Shown here: positions 1 to 11,531 of the stretch, piece by piece
Numbering within the stretch: position 1 is the first letter of the stretch
Layout: each line of letters opens with the position of its first letter
Assembly: GCA_032718475.1 (NCBI GenBank)
Contig: JAUCBJ010002838.1
Location: 1-44,633, forward strand
DNA: 44,633 bases
Source of the DNA: Nemertoderma westbladi
Taxonomy: Eukaryota > Animalia > Xenacoelomorpha
Reading direction: 5' to 3'
Notes under the pieces: generated by a model
The model's database searches: none
What the model was told of the DNA's origin: nothing
The model's input: only the letters and a program-made list of their open reading frames with translations
Position numbers and translations under genes: made by a program

Positions 1-3000
1 TTACCGTCATTGAAATCATGATCTCCCCTATATTGTTCGGGATTTCCACCGTTCCTATTATCTCCTGCTGCTGAATTTCCTGATGGAATCATTCCCCCTT
101 GGAATTCACTAAACCTTTCCACTGGTGCCTTTTCTGGTGCTCGATATGGTCCAGTATGGCAAGCAAAACCCTCTCCTTTATCTTCATATTGCAGAAAATA
201 AGAAGGGGGTGGTCTCTGCGGAATGTCATTGCTATCCACTGGTGCATAGATCCATTCTGGCTTATCTGGATGTAACATTTCTTTAAACTTTGCCCCATCT
301 TGCGACTTATATTGATCCATTTCAATCTTCAAAGGATTTCTATTATAAAGGAGATATGGATTCGCCTCTGGTTGATTAATCCGAGCTAATGGATCATCTT
401 TCCAAATTTCCCGTTCATGGTCTTGCATCATTTTTGTATCCGTAAGAGCTGTTTGTTGTATGGATTCGGCTAATAACTCTGTTCGTTGAACTAGCACATC
501 ATCCTCATCATGTAACGCATAATTACATGCCTCTAAATAATTTTCCTCGTATCGTAAATGACCATACTTATCATTAGGTATTTGCTTAGGAATAGCTCTG
601 TCTACCATTGGTTCTTGTGTATCACCACCTGCCACTATTTGGCGAATTGACCTGAGTGGTTGTGCCTGCTGCTCATCCTTCTCTAAAGCCAAATGATCCA
701 TGTTAAATTTAGCAGGTTTATCATTTATTGTGATAGTGTTAGCTCGTGGAATTGGCTCCACATTTAATCTACTTCTTATAAAGTGATCAAACTTGTTACT
801 TAGTTCAAAATATTTTCCATCATTTACTGCTTGTATTTTTAAAAAATCATTTTGTACCCTTTGCATTTCCTTTGTAATACTACCTACTATATCTTCAACA
901 TGTTCTAAAGCATTAACTGTATGACTCTCTTGTCGATTTTTTAAAATAGGTTCTCTATTGAAAGAATTAATATCCAGATTGGGATCAAAATGGACATGCA
1001 ATCTCGGTTGTAAATGTTGGGTTGTAGTAGTGACAGGCATCAAAGGCGTTGATGCAGAAGATATGCCTACATTTAGATCTTCAAAACTGTCATTAAAGTG
1101 ATAATCATCAAAAAATGTTATCAAACTGCTATTTGAATTTTGTAAGCTACTGGCTTGTTTGTGTACACTGAGAGGCTCTGGATCTCTCATTTTATTAAAA
1201 TGTACATTTAATACATCTGAGCCCCTTTGGGATGTTGAAATTTTTGTAGCAACATTAGAACCTGCCACACATTGAACCAATCCTACATCACTGCTCAGCC
1301 TAGCTGAGGTGCTAATCCCTTGAGTAGTTAGACCTATATCTTGCAAAAAATTTGTATCTAAATTTACCATTTCAGAACAAATGGGTCCACTAATACTAAC
1401 TGCTGGTTCTAATGAATAACCTACATTAACTACCTTTGGTTCATCATCTGTATCTGCTCTGCCTACATTTCTTAATACTGTAATATTATCAAGAGGCTGT
1501 GATTCATTGAATAATTCCGGTACATTGATACTACTAATTGCATCTGACACCAGATTATCAATACTGGTATCGAAATCATCGGCTTCTTGATCCAATTCAG
1601 CTGTAGTTGTACTGATTACCTCTCCATGGGTATTTTCATAATATCTTACCCATTGTGCCTCCTCAAAGTTAAGATTATCGGCTGATATTAATCTATTGAC
1701 AGTTTCTTCATGCAATCTTCTCCTACTCTCCTCCGCACTGAGCTCAGCTTGCTTCTCTTTATTTAAACGCTCTTGTTCCGTTTCTATTTGAGTCAGAGTC
1801 CGCTCTTTCTCAATTCTTTGTTCAACTAATGTCTTCTCCAGTGCAGCTTGTTCACTTTCATATCTAATCTTCTCTAACTGTTGCCGATTTTCTTCTTCAA
1901 TTCTCTCTAAGTCCAAACGTTTCTCATTGCAAATTCGTTCCTGCTCTAAACTATTTCTGCGCTTTGTATTTTCAGCTTCACGTTTTTGGTTTTTCAGCTC
2001 CGTTTCTGATATCAAAAGCCTTTCCTGCTGTTGTAAATCAACTTTCAATAACTCTTTCTGAAAATTAATGGCACTATTGCTTGCTCTCCTACCTGCTTCT
2101 AATGCCGCTGCTTTCTTTGCTATTTCTAAGTCACTCTTAATTATCTCCCCTTGAAGTTTAGCGTTGACTTGAGCAGCTACACGTTCTTTACGGGCCTTCA
2201 CTCTTAACTCAATAATTCGCTCCATAGTACAGCTGGCCGAACTTCGTGCTGAAGACCTCGACCATTTACTACTATGAGATTTACTGCTACCTAAACTACT
2301 TGCTACTGATTCATTACATACAGAAATATCTTCTTCAAAATTAACATTCTGAACATAATTGGAGCACTTTTCTTGAAGGTCAATTCCTTCCTTTGGTACA
2401 TCAGGTTCAACTAGAAATTCTTGTGCTAAAATGGTCTCCCGCAATCCTAGCACATTCTTATTTACTACATCACCTACACTATTATTTATTCCACACTTTT
2501 TCTTTAATCTATTCCATGAATTATTAAGTGCATCCTTTTCCTTAGTTTGTGCTGTCACATACTTAGAATCATCTACTCCTGCTAAATGTACTAGTTCCTG
2601 AAAATTAATATGATATGTCTGTAAAGAATGGTCTGTTCTATTTATTATATCTCGTACTTCCTCCAATCTGGCATTATCACTAATTCTAGCCGACAACTTG
2701 TCTATAACAGATTGGATATGCGTTCGTGAAGTCGTGATAGATCGTTTGAGCTGCTTTACCCGATCCTGACTCCCCAGGTTGGCCAAACCTCGAGAGCTAG
2801 AACGAACATTTTCAGCAACTCTCCGACCATCAAGCGATCCACTATAGCAAGTTCCAGATCGTGTCATATGCTTGTCTCGGCATGTTGCACTTGCCTCTGC
2901 ACCTGCAGGTTGCGAGGTTTGTACAACATTAACTACTGTACTGGTACTGACAACATTACTTTCTAAATCTTTCTGTTCCATTTTATTTATTTATAAATTG

Positions 3001-4933
3001 TTATTCTTTCTTACTTCTGTACTTCTAATTATATATCACTATCAGTCTTATATCAACTTTCTATTCCTATCATTCCCTGTCTGCCTATTTCAAACAAATA
3101 TCGTGCTGTAGAGATAAGTCCTTTATATAATTCCTTTCTCCTTCATGGCTGTCTGGTAAACCTACAGTAATATATACCTACCGCTATAACGGCAATTTCT
3201 TTCCTATAATTTATTTAGGCCTATACCTATACCTGTATATAATTAATTTCTTGATAGGGGTAGGTCTACCAACTAAAGAGAAACAGGCAGACAGGTATTC
3301 GTCAACAATGTTCATGTACAAGTTTCCTTCATATATAGTATCGACGGTATATATAAAGGCCTACTAAAGTTATCATAATTATAATAAATATTCCGGTCTG
3401 TCTGTCTGTTCAAATTTTATCTGTCAGTCTTTCTGTATTTACTTAGGTAATAGACGTGTATCTGCCTATCAACAATCCAGTCAAATAAGTTTAGCAATAC
3501 CGGTATTAAATTCTGCCTATTACAGTATTACATAAGAAGAACATCTGCCATTATAATATATATCATATCATATTCATATTCATAAGACAATCAACATTAA
3601 ATAACAATATTATTCAAATTTCATAAATTACTCAAAATTAGGCCTAATTACCGGTATCCAAATACAAACAAAATTAAGCCTACACAAACTGAAAGGCAGA
3701 AAAGGTAATCATCAGTACTGAACCGGTATATAATGTACGTATATATATATATATATCATATTATAATCATTCTGCCATTATAATATTAAATTCAAAATTT
3801 CCAAATACACCCAAATATCAACCAATCAATAATTTACATAGGCTGATAGGCCTAACTGCCTAAACAGCTAAATACTGAAATATGCTGTAACCTGTAACCT
3901 ACCTACCTACCCATACTGCAGTACTGCCATATACAGATATAAGCCTACCGTTCCGTCGTTAAACAGTCTGAAAGTTATATAGCCTAGATCTGTAGACTGG
4001 TAGATGACTAGCATAAAAAGCTGTAGGCCTACGGTCAGACGGTAGGCCCCTAACTACTGAACTAATCCTCTAATATTCTGATTATAAAGGACATCGCCCG
4101 CCTCCTATCCTAACTAATTTCAAATTTGTCTGTCTGTCTGCATTTGGCTGTTTCGGTTGGTTTGGGAATTCTAAGTATAAAAGAAAAAGACGAACAATCC
4201 AACTGTCTGACGAGTGCAAGGTCCAGGATATAATCCACCTAATCTAATTATAACCGAAAAGCTAGGACCTTGACGCTATTCCGGCTAGATAAGGCTTTAG
4301 TCCACTACAGTACTGGATGATAGATTGGTAAAAGATAAATATATGATAACATAATAATATACTTGCATTTATTTTATTTACAGAGTTAGGTATGGTACCG
4401 TTACATTACATATAATAACTGAATAACTGAATAATAAATCAACTAATCTAGGGTATTGATAAATGACTAAATAATGACTGAATGAGATTAATATTATCGG
4501 GCAGTTAATAATACCGTATACTTCTGTCTGTTCTTTATAATATAGTTACCGGTCTTAGGTAATAGTACAATATTATATTACAGGGTATGCAAGCAAAATC
4601 TATATAAATCTACATCTAACTATCTAACCATCTAACATCAGAATATTAGTGGGAAAATCCGCACATGTCAGACATGGTGAGTTGAGACTGCCAGACTGCA
4701 GACAGCTTACTGCTGTTGTACTGACTAGCTATTTTACAGCTGTCAGTCAGACTGTTGACTGCATTCTGGTCACGTGGTCAGCTCACGGTCGACTCTTACT
4801 AATTAAATAATGAAAGTAATTATGTATACTGTATTTATTGCTGCGAACTGAAATGTATTATACTGTAGGTTGATTATCTTATACTTATACTATATTATAT
4901 TAAAATATTTGAGTTACGAGGAGATGGTGAACA
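1..4933 (-). mobile_element. BEL/Pao LTR retrotransposon A, 5' portion (LTR, long AT-rich leader, gag)
   Basis: Gag-like ORF, about 1.9 kb of leader/LTR, and a minus-strand start TGTTCACC at 4933 that abuts the truncated Gypsy LTR. The inner LTR boundary and PBS were not resolved. Confidence 0.6.
3..2981 (-). CDS. BEL/Pao element A gag N-terminal region (ORF runs off the window start)
   Basis: Manual translation from ATG at 2981 (MEQKDLESNVVST...) gives a Ser-rich tract (SSKWSRSSARSSAS) followed by an E/Q/K coiled coil, typical of BEL/Pao Gag. It is absent from the ORF track, consistent with no stop before base 1. Confidence 0.7.
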   Translation of the reverse strand, partial: MEQKDLESNVVSTSTVVNVVQTSQPAGAEASATCRDKHMTRSGTCYSGSLDGRRVAENVRSSSRGLANLGSQDRVKQLKRSITTSRTHIQSVIDKLSARISDNARLEEVRDIINRTDHSLQTYHINFQELVHLAGVDDSKYVTAQTKEKDALNNSWNRLKKKCGINNSVGDVVNKNVLGLRETILAQEFLVEPDVPKEGIDLQEKCSNYVQNVNFEEDISVCNESVASSLGSSKSHSSKWSRSSARSSASCTMERIIELRVKARKERVAAQVNAKLQGEIIKSDLEIAKKAAALEAGRRASNSAINFQKELLKVDLQQQERLLISETELKNQKREAENTKRRNSLEQERICNEKRLDLERIEEENRQQLEKIRYESEQAALEKTLVEQRIEKERTLTQIETEQERLNKEKQAELSAEESRRRLHEETVNRLISADNLNFEEAQWVRYYENTHGEVISTTTAELDQEADDFDTSIDNLVSDAISSINVPELFNESQPLDNITVLRNVGRADTDDEPKVVNVGYSLEPAVSISGPICSEMVNLDTNFLQDIGLTTQGISTSARLSSDVGLVQCVAGSNVATKISTSQRGSDVLNVHFNKMRDPEPLSVHKQASSLQNSNSSLITFFDDYHFNDSFEDLNVGISSASTPLMPVTTTTQHLQPRLHVHFDPNLDINSFNREPILKNRQESHTVNALEHVEDIVGSITKEMQRVQNDFLKIQAVNDGKYFELSNKFDHFIRSRLNVEPIPRANTITINDKPAKFNMDHLALEKDEQQAQPLRSIRQIVAGGDTQEPMVDRAIPKQIPNDKYGHLRYEENYLEACNYALHDEDDVLVQRTELLAESIQQTALTDTKMMQDHEREIWKDDPLARINQPEANPYLLYNRNPLKIEMDQYKSQDGAKFKEMLHPDKPEWIYAPVDSNDIPQRPPPSYFLQYEDKGEGFACHTGPYRAPEKAPVERFSEFQGGMIPSGNSAAGDNRNGGNPEQYRGDHDFNDG

Positions 4934-5094
4934 CATGTAGTACAGTATGGTACCGGTAATGGTCTTCTGTGACAGATATATACATACATTTTGAGATATA
5001 CAATATATCCGGTTGGCGATCAGCCTGTTGATATAGGCCTACTTTTATATATTATACCGGTACTGTACTACGGTACCCGGCCCGGCATACTACA
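4934..5094 (+). repeat. Gypsy 5' LTR, lacking the first ~27 bp
   Basis: 4936-5094 matches 9767-9925 with one mismatch seen and ends ...ATACTACA. Confidence 0.9.
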
Positions 5095-5095
5095 T

Positions 5096-5104
5096 TGGCG
5101 CAGT
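5096..5104 (+). promoter_or_regulatory. Primer-binding site TGGCGCAGT (tRNA-Ser-like)
   Basis: TGG begins 1 nt after the LTR end. It resembles the tRNA-Ser PBS of Drosophila 17.6/297-type elements. Confidence 0.7.
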
Positions 5105-5166
5105 GTGTACCTATCTACGTCTATAGGTATTGGTTTTTTTTTTCTTAATAATATTATATTAATGTT

Positions 5167-8100
5167 ATGGCGAAATATCCGGCACCGACTCCACTGGACG
5201 TGGGAGCGCAAGACATGGCAATGGAATTTGGCGACTGGCGACAGTATTTTGAATACTGGGCTGACGCTACTGAACTTCGGGCGGAGGATATTCCAGAATC
5301 TAAAAAGGTTGGGGCGCTAATGACTTGTATTGGGAAAGCACCACAGCGGATTGCTAAACAAAACTTTGAATATACAGCAGAGCGCCCGAAAACTCTGGAC
5401 AACGTATTAACAGATTTTGAAGAATATTTCGCTCCCGAACGAAGTCTGTTGGTTATGCGGTTCCGTTTTGGAAAACGTAAACAAGCTCAAGGAGAAACAA
5501 TTGCAGATTATTTTACTGCACTACGGCAGTTGGCTGGCTTATGTGATCTGGAGTCTGAAACTCCAGAAACGCGTTTAAGGGACACATTTATTGCGGGTAT
5601 TCGAGATGACGAACTTCGCAAGCAACTCCTTCAGCAACCTTCGAATGCGGCCGTGCAGCATATTAAGAAATTGGCTGGTGTTTTCGAAGCAGCAGTGGCA
5701 GGTCATGAAGAACTAGGTTCTTCAGACACAGGCGGTGTAGCTTCTACAGCTCAGGATGTTATGGCGGTACAACAAACCCATCTCCAACATCGAGTAAATT
5801 CTGACCGAGCTAATTCTAATTCATTGACAAATCAGCAGCAACAGATGGGTCGACTAATGATAAGCAACTGTCGATTCTGCTGCAGATCTCACAAAAAGGG
5901 AGCCTGCCCATCGTATGGCTCGTATTGCAGAATTTGCGGTGAACTTCATCACTACCCAGGATCGCCTTTGTGCAAGAAATCTTCCAACGACCGCTTGTTC
6001 CGTAGTGGCTTGTCCCAGCAGTTCTCTCGAGGCCGTGGCTCATCTAGTGGATTCCATGGTAGACAATCGGGTAGAAACAATGTTAACTTTAACCAAGATG
6101 TAGCTAAAATCTCTCTGGGAGATGCAGGATTGTTGGATAATGACGAGTACTCGGAATTTCAAAGTGAAATACTTCCAGAATATGAGGATGAAGATGTTTA
6201 TAGTTCCCTTTACTGTATTAGTTCAGTGAACTGTAGTCCCCTAAACGAAAACTGCATTCATTCGTGTAGTGGCACTGGAGCTGGGGTTAATGAATGGTTC
6301 GTAGAAATAAAGGTTTCTGGACCAAACTCTAGTCTTAATATTAATTTCCTGGTTGATACAGGTTCGCCATTCACTATTATCCCAAGCCATCTCGTTTCTG
6401 CTCAACTAGTACAACCATGTAAACCTAATGGAAAAATTTTATGTGCTTTCATGAGTAAGTTGCCACTTCCATTGTTGGGTTCAGCCACCCTGGAACTAGA
6501 GTATCAGGGACGGCGTGTTACACTGTCAGTGTATGTTGTAAAAGGCGCACCTCTGCCATTATTAGGGCGGGATGCTTTGGGTAGCAATGCATTAATGCTA
6601 GTTGGAAAATTATTTTCTCCCTCCCCCACTGTGATCCCATCGAGAGTAAGCTGTTCCGACCTCGTTACTGGGGTCAACGTCTCCGAGGACGCGACTACTG
6701 CCAGAAATAGAGTTTCCCTTCTTCCAGCAATGAGTGTGCCAGAGGCCCACATAACGGTTCGACCTGGCGCAACACCCACACAACAAGCCCCACGCCGCAT
6801 TCCATTCGGTTTACAAGATGAGGTGAAGGATGAAATTTCCCGTCTTATAAAAGAAGGTGTTGTTGTCCCAGTGGATAACAATGAGTCGCCAAGTGAGTGG
6901 GTTAGCCCCGTTGTGATTAGCCGCAGGAAGAATGGTAAAATTAGATTGTGTCTAGATTTAAGAGTTTTAAATAAGAATTTAGTAAGACAGAGAGTCCTCA
7001 TACCTACCCCTGAGGAACTCTTTGCTCAAATAGAAGGGAGTTGTTATTTCTCTAAGCTGGATGCTAAGAGCGGGTTTCACCAGATTAAACTAGACGAGGA
7101 GTCTAGTAAACTCACAACCTTCGTGTTACCCTTTGGGACATTCAGGTATGTTCGGCTCCCTTTTGGGATCTCGCCTGCCCCTGAACTTTATCATAAAAAA
7201 ATGTCTCAATCAGTTAGTCAATTTAAGAATGTAATTGTTCTTGAAGACGATATTCTAATTCATACAAGCACCCTTGCCGAACATGATTTTCTAGTGAAGG
7301 AAGTTACAGACTTATGCCGGAAACTTCACATTTCTCTACAACCTAGCAAATGTGAATTTCGTAAGACTGAAATAACCTACTTAGGCCACCGACTTTCTGG
7401 CACTGGTATTGAACCTGATCCAGAGAAAGTTTCAGCCATAAAGGATATGTCCACACCATCTTCTGTGGCAGATTGCCGTCGTCTTCTAGGTATGGCTACC
7501 TACTTGGGAAAATTTATTCCCAACTTCAGCGACTTGACATTACCAATTCGTGAGTTATTGAAATCCCGAAACATGTTTCATTGGTCACCTGCATGTGATT
7601 CGGCATTTACGAAACTGAAAGAACTACTTACAACTGCCCCTGTATTAAAGTACTATAATGTCAAGCACGCTTCTTTCCTCCAATGTGATGCCTCTCCCGT
7701 CGGATTAGGTGCTGCATTGTTACAGAAAGACTCTGGTGGTACAGTTCGACCTGTTGCTTATGCAAGTCGCACCCTGACTTCCGCTGAGAAAAATTATTCC
7801 CAGATAGAAAAGGAAACTTTGGCTATAGCTTTCGGGGCAACCAAATTTCGACAGTATCTTATTGGTGTTGACTTCATTGTCCTTTCGGATCATAAGCCAC
7901 TGCGATTTATTTTCCTCAAACCAATTGACCAGTGTCCAGCAAGAATTATCAGGTTTCTTATTCTCCTCCAGCCATTCTCATTTAAAGTAGAGTTCATTCC
8001 CGGGAAAAATAATCTAATTGCTGATACACTTTCGAGGGCTCCTATAAAGCCAGTAGATGAGAACAGAAGTGAGTCTGAGAACTTTGATTCTTTTGTCAAT

Positions 8101-9489
8101 ATAATACTGGATTCCCAGATGATCGATATCCTGCAAGTTGCCCATGAAACTGCTAAGTGTTCTGAACTCTCTAAAGTAGTTGATAACTTAGAACGGAACT
8201 CGTGGTCCAACATGTCTTCAACTACAGAACGTAGATTGTTTTCTGTACGCAACGAACTCTCAGTACATTATCTAGAACAGGACCCGGTAATCTTGAAAGG
8301 TCAATGTTTAGTCATTCCCAGTTCACTCCGACCTGTGATGATGAAACTTGCCCATGAAGGACACCCTGGCATTACTAAGATGACTGATATCCTTGTTAGC
8401 AGTGTTTGGTGGCCTGGAATCACCCAAGACGCACGCGTGTTTGTTGAGAATTGTCACCCTTGTAAGTTGGTAAGTGACCTCCCACCACCTCAACCGATGA
8501 CCCAATCTGGAATCTTTTATCCTTGGGAACGAGTGGCCATTGATTGCGCTCACATTGAGGGTCACTTGTGTACTACTCTGATAGATTATGGTTCTCGGTT
8601 TGTTGAGGCGATTCCGATTCCATCATCCACAACTCGGCACATCATAGGGTGTTTAAACAGTATTTTCTCTCGATTTGGCATACCAAAGTCACTGGTATCT
8701 GATAACGCACAGGAATTCCGCTCGGCAGAGTTTAAAAATTTCCTTCGTACCATCGGATGTAAATTGGTCGAAATATCTGATAAGTACGCTCAATCAAATG
8801 GTATGATTGAGCGGCCACACCGCGTAATAAAAAATATGATGCGAGCTACATCAGTAACTTCTGATACTCCATTTATATCTCGACTAGCGACTGTACTGTT
8901 TACTCTCCGTAACTCCAGGCATCGAATCACAGGAGAGATACCATCTCGAGTACTATACTTGAAGCTGTCTTCATCTCTCCAGACGCGGTTTCCTCAACTA
9001 CCCAGTGAACAGCCTGAACCAAATGAAAACTATATCAGAAACAGGGAACGTATCGTCCGCAACTACAATAAAAGTCACAGCGTTAAGCCATTGCATGATC
9101 TCAACATCAACGATCCTGTCATGATCAAGAAGAATAACAGTCCTGGATATTCATACCAGGGCCACCGGATCACTGAGATCAGAGGCGACAAAGTAGTCTG
9201 CTTGGGGCCTAGTGGGATACTGATTTCTAGAAATCGGCGGTTTATAAAACCAGTAGATTTACGAGAGGAAGACAACTATACACGACCTCCACCAGTTCTT
9301 TTACCACGAGAACCCAATTCACAAGCCTCTCATACTACTAACAATTATCATGAAGAACAACCTGGTACATCATTACCTGCAAGTGTTTCTCGTCCAGAGA
9401 TCGGTCAGGAGGAGGCTATAACATCAGATTCAAAAATTTACCCACGGCGAAACCATGCTCGACCAGATTATTATGGGTTTCCATCATAA
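5167..9489 (+). CDS. Gag-Pol polyprotein, 1440 aa
   Basis: Two Zn knuckles (CRFCCRSHKKGAC, CRICGELHH), protease FLVDTGS, RT (LDAKSGFHQI, LPFG, LEDD), RNase H (CDAS, YSQIEKE, DHKPL), integrase (HEGHPG..CHPC, SDN, NGMIER). Confidence 0.96.
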   Translation: MAKYPAPTPLDVGAQDMAMEFGDWRQYFEYWADATELRAEDIPESKKVGALMTCIGKAPQRIAKQNFEYTAERPKTLDNVLTDFEEYFAPERSLLVMRFRFGKRKQAQGETIADYFTALRQLAGLCDLESETPETRLRDTFIAGIRDDELRKQLLQQPSNAAVQHIKKLAGVFEAAVAGHEELGSSDTGGVASTAQDVMAVQQTHLQHRVNSDRANSNSLTNQQQQMGRLMISNCRFCCRSHKKGACPSYGSYCRICGELHHYPGSPLCKKSSNDRLFRSGLSQQFSRGRGSSSGFHGRQSGRNNVNFNQDVAKISLGDAGLLDNDEYSEFQSEILPEYEDEDVYSSLYCISSVNCSPLNENCIHSCSGTGAGVNEWFVEIKVSGPNSSLNINFLVDTGSPFTIIPSHLVSAQLVQPCKPNGKILCAFMSKLPLPLLGSATLELEYQGRRVTLSVYVVKGAPLPLLGRDALGSNALMLVGKLFSPSPTVIPSRVSCSDLVTGVNVSEDATTARNRVSLLPAMSVPEAHITVRPGATPTQQAPRRIPFGLQDEVKDEISRLIKEGVVVPVDNNESPSEWVSPVVISRRKNGKIRLCLDLRVLNKNLVRQRVLIPTPEELFAQIEGSCYFSKLDAKSGFHQIKLDEESSKLTTFVLPFGTFRYVRLPFGISPAPELYHKKMSQSVSQFKNVIVLEDDILIHTSTLAEHDFLVKEVTDLCRKLHISLQPSKCEFRKTEITYLGHRLSGTGIEPDPEKVSAIKDMSTPSSVADCRRLLGMATYLGKFIPNFSDLTLPIRELLKSRNMFHWSPACDSAFTKLKELLTTAPVLKYYNVKHASFLQCDASPVGLGAALLQKDSGGTVRPVAYASRTLTSAEKNYSQIEKETLAIAFGATKFRQYLIGVDFIVLSDHKPLRFIFLKPIDQCPARIIRFLILLQPFSFKVEFIPGKNNLIADTLSRAPIKPVDENRSESENFDSFVNIILDSQMIDILQVAHETAKCSELSKVVDNLERNSWSNMSSTTERRLFSVRNELSVHYLEQDPVILKGQCLVIPSSLRPVMMKLAHEGHPGITKMTDILVSSVWWPGITQDARVFVENCHPCKLVSDLPPPQPMTQSGIFYPWERVAIDCAHIEGHLCTTLIDYGSRFVEAIPIPSSTTRHIIGCLNSIFSRFGIPKSLVSDNAQEFRSAEFKNFLRTIGCKLVEISDKYAQSNGMIERPHRVIKNMMRATSVTSDTPFISRLATVLFTLRNSRHRITGEIPSRVLYLKLSSSLQTRFPQLPSEQPEPNENYIRNRERIVRNYNKSHSVKPLHDLNINDPVMIKKNNSPGYSYQGHRITEIRGDKVVCLGPSGILISRNRRFIKPVDLREEDNYTRPPPVLLPREPNSQASHTTNNYHEEQPGTSLPASVSRPEIGQEEAITSDSKIYPRRNHARPDYYGFPS

Positions 9490-9724
9490 AAAAAAAAAAA
9501 AAAAAATACTCGAAAAATACTCTTTCTTGAGGATTTGTTTAAGGAGACTTTATATAGAGACTATTGTATACGATTATCACATAAGTTTTGTTTGGAGGAC
9601 TTTATAGAGATTATTGTTGTATAAAATTTTCTCATAGTTTTTTTTAGGTGGAAGATGGGATGCATATTAGACTCAAACTTATTAGCTGTGATTATTATTA
9701 GCATTATTTGTTAAGTGGTTTGTT

Positions 9725-9737
9725 AGGAAGGAAGTAG
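9725..9737 (+). promoter_or_regulatory. Polypurine tract
   Basis: AGGAAGGAAGTAG lies directly before the TGT of the 3' LTR. Confidence 0.75.
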
Positions 9738-9925
9738 TGTGGTATATATATAATGTACTACCTACCTGTAGTACAGTATGGTACCGGTACTGGTCTTCTG
9801 TGACAGATATATACATACATTTTGAGATATACAATATATCCGGTTGGCGATCAGCCTGTTGATATAGGCCTACTTTTATATATTATACCGGTACTGTACT
9901 ACGGTACCCGGCCCGGCATACTACA
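9738..9925 (+). repeat. Gypsy 3' LTR, 188 bp
   Basis: TGTGGTAT...ATACTACA imperfect terminal inverted repeat. It follows the PPT and matches the 5' LTR. Confidence 0.9.
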
Positions 9926-10719
9926 ATTATAATGAGTTTATGTTTAGGCGAGCGGGCGTCGCTGCCTACCTTTCTTTGCCCCCGGACAGTGGGATTCTCA
10001 GCGCCGATGTACCGTCGTCGCGGTGTTTACGCCAACATGTAGCAACAGCACGACAACGATAACCGGCACAAGTCACTCCACTGTCCGTCCCAAAGGCTTG
10101 AATCCACTTTAGGTTCTTTCTATAGGAGAGTTGGGCTACTTTCACAATTGCGACTAGCTACTGTAAACATACTTTAGCAGCAACATTCACCTATAAACGC
10201 ACAAATTCCACACAACTGTCACCAATTGTACACATACAGGCCATTTGTCCGTTAGTCAGTGCCTTCCAGAATGTCACGTTATTACTGTGTATCCTTGGAT
10301 ACTAACGGTGTGCTATGCATTCTCTATGCTAGGCAATGGGACAAGCTTTCTATTGTTCTTTTAACTTGCTTCTAATTCTAGCGTGGGTGTTGCTATGGTG
10401 ACATTATGGAAAGCTAGCGGTAGAATTAGGGTACTTCTCATGCATACAGATCTGGAATGCTATTTAATAGTAATTCTTTAATTGTCAATATCTTCTTTAT
10501 GTATGATTTTATTAATTTTATCGGCTATTGACTATATGTTGGAGATTCTCGCACTCTAATACACTCAATAGGATGAATCTCCGCTCCCATGATCTATTAA
10601 TTAATGGAATTTTGGGAATGTTATAAATTGCACAAATGACAATTTATGAAATTCATTTAAGATATGAATTTAAATTTATTCCCGTGAATTTTATTATTTG
10701 ATGGTAAAATTGACACAAT

Positions 10720-11010
10720 TTTATTCCAGAGCATGTCTGGGGACATAGGATCCTTAATTCTGTAAAATTGTCTTTTAAGAGTATCGGTAAGTGCTACGAT
10801 ATCTTAATTGACTAGAAATTTTAAAGGATCTGAATTTTACAGATTTTAATAAATATTAAATTAATATTTAAGATGGGCACCGATTTATTCCAGAACTTGT
10901 CTGGGGACGTTAACTACTGATTCTAGAATTTGTCTTTCAAGTATATCGGTGGGTGCCGCGATATCTTAATCGACTAGAATTACAGATGGTCAAAAGGTTT
11001 AACAGATTTA
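10720..11010. repeat. Diverged direct duplication, period ~164 bp
   Basis: TTTATTCCAGA..TGTCTGGGGAC..TTGTCTTT..TATCGGT..CGATATCTTAAT.GACTAGAA occurs at ~10720 and ~10884. Confidence 0.8.
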
Positions 11011-11531
11011 TTTGCGTTTTACGCTACTGTTATAGGGACATCACGCTACTATATGTATTATTTAATATAAAGTAGAAGAGCAATATCGCACGAAGCAATG
11101 TCAGTGTGAAGAGGCAAGTCGTTTCCAAGGTCTACTCAGAGCTTGGTTTAGCCGAGACACGAGGATCTGAACTTTGCATTCCTAATACTCTGCCTACCAA
11201 TAATACTTAAGTATAGTAGGAGCTTTATTGTACTTTAATAAGTACGGACATTTCATCTTACTGTAGTCACGTATTTATAATATGATACGGACAGTAAGGA
11301 AAGAGAAAAAATAATTATTTCTCGCCGTCGCACTAAATATATATTATAAGTAATTACGTACGTAATAAACACTAATATATTGCACTAATCTACTAAATAA
11401 TCACTAAAATAACATTCTACTAAATAAAATTAAAGGAAACGATTATAATAAAATTACATAATAATACATACATAAATATAAAATAAAAACAAATATAAAA
11501 TGATATAGTCACACGCCCACTCCATATGTTA

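Larger units (their letters stand above)
4934..9925 (+). mobile_element. Ty3/Gypsy (Mag-like) LTR retrotransposon, coding-intact
   Basis: Near-identical LTRs, PBS, single gag-pol ORF in PR-RT-RH-IN order, and PPT. Confidence 0.93.

Noticed and set aside
4260-4305. tRNA-Tyr-like PBS for element A
   Set aside because: Only partial similarity and no clear adjacent LTR end.
9960-10330. Cys-rich accessory ORF in the 3' region of element B
   Set aside because: Only short open stretches with stops in all frames checked and no recognisable motif.
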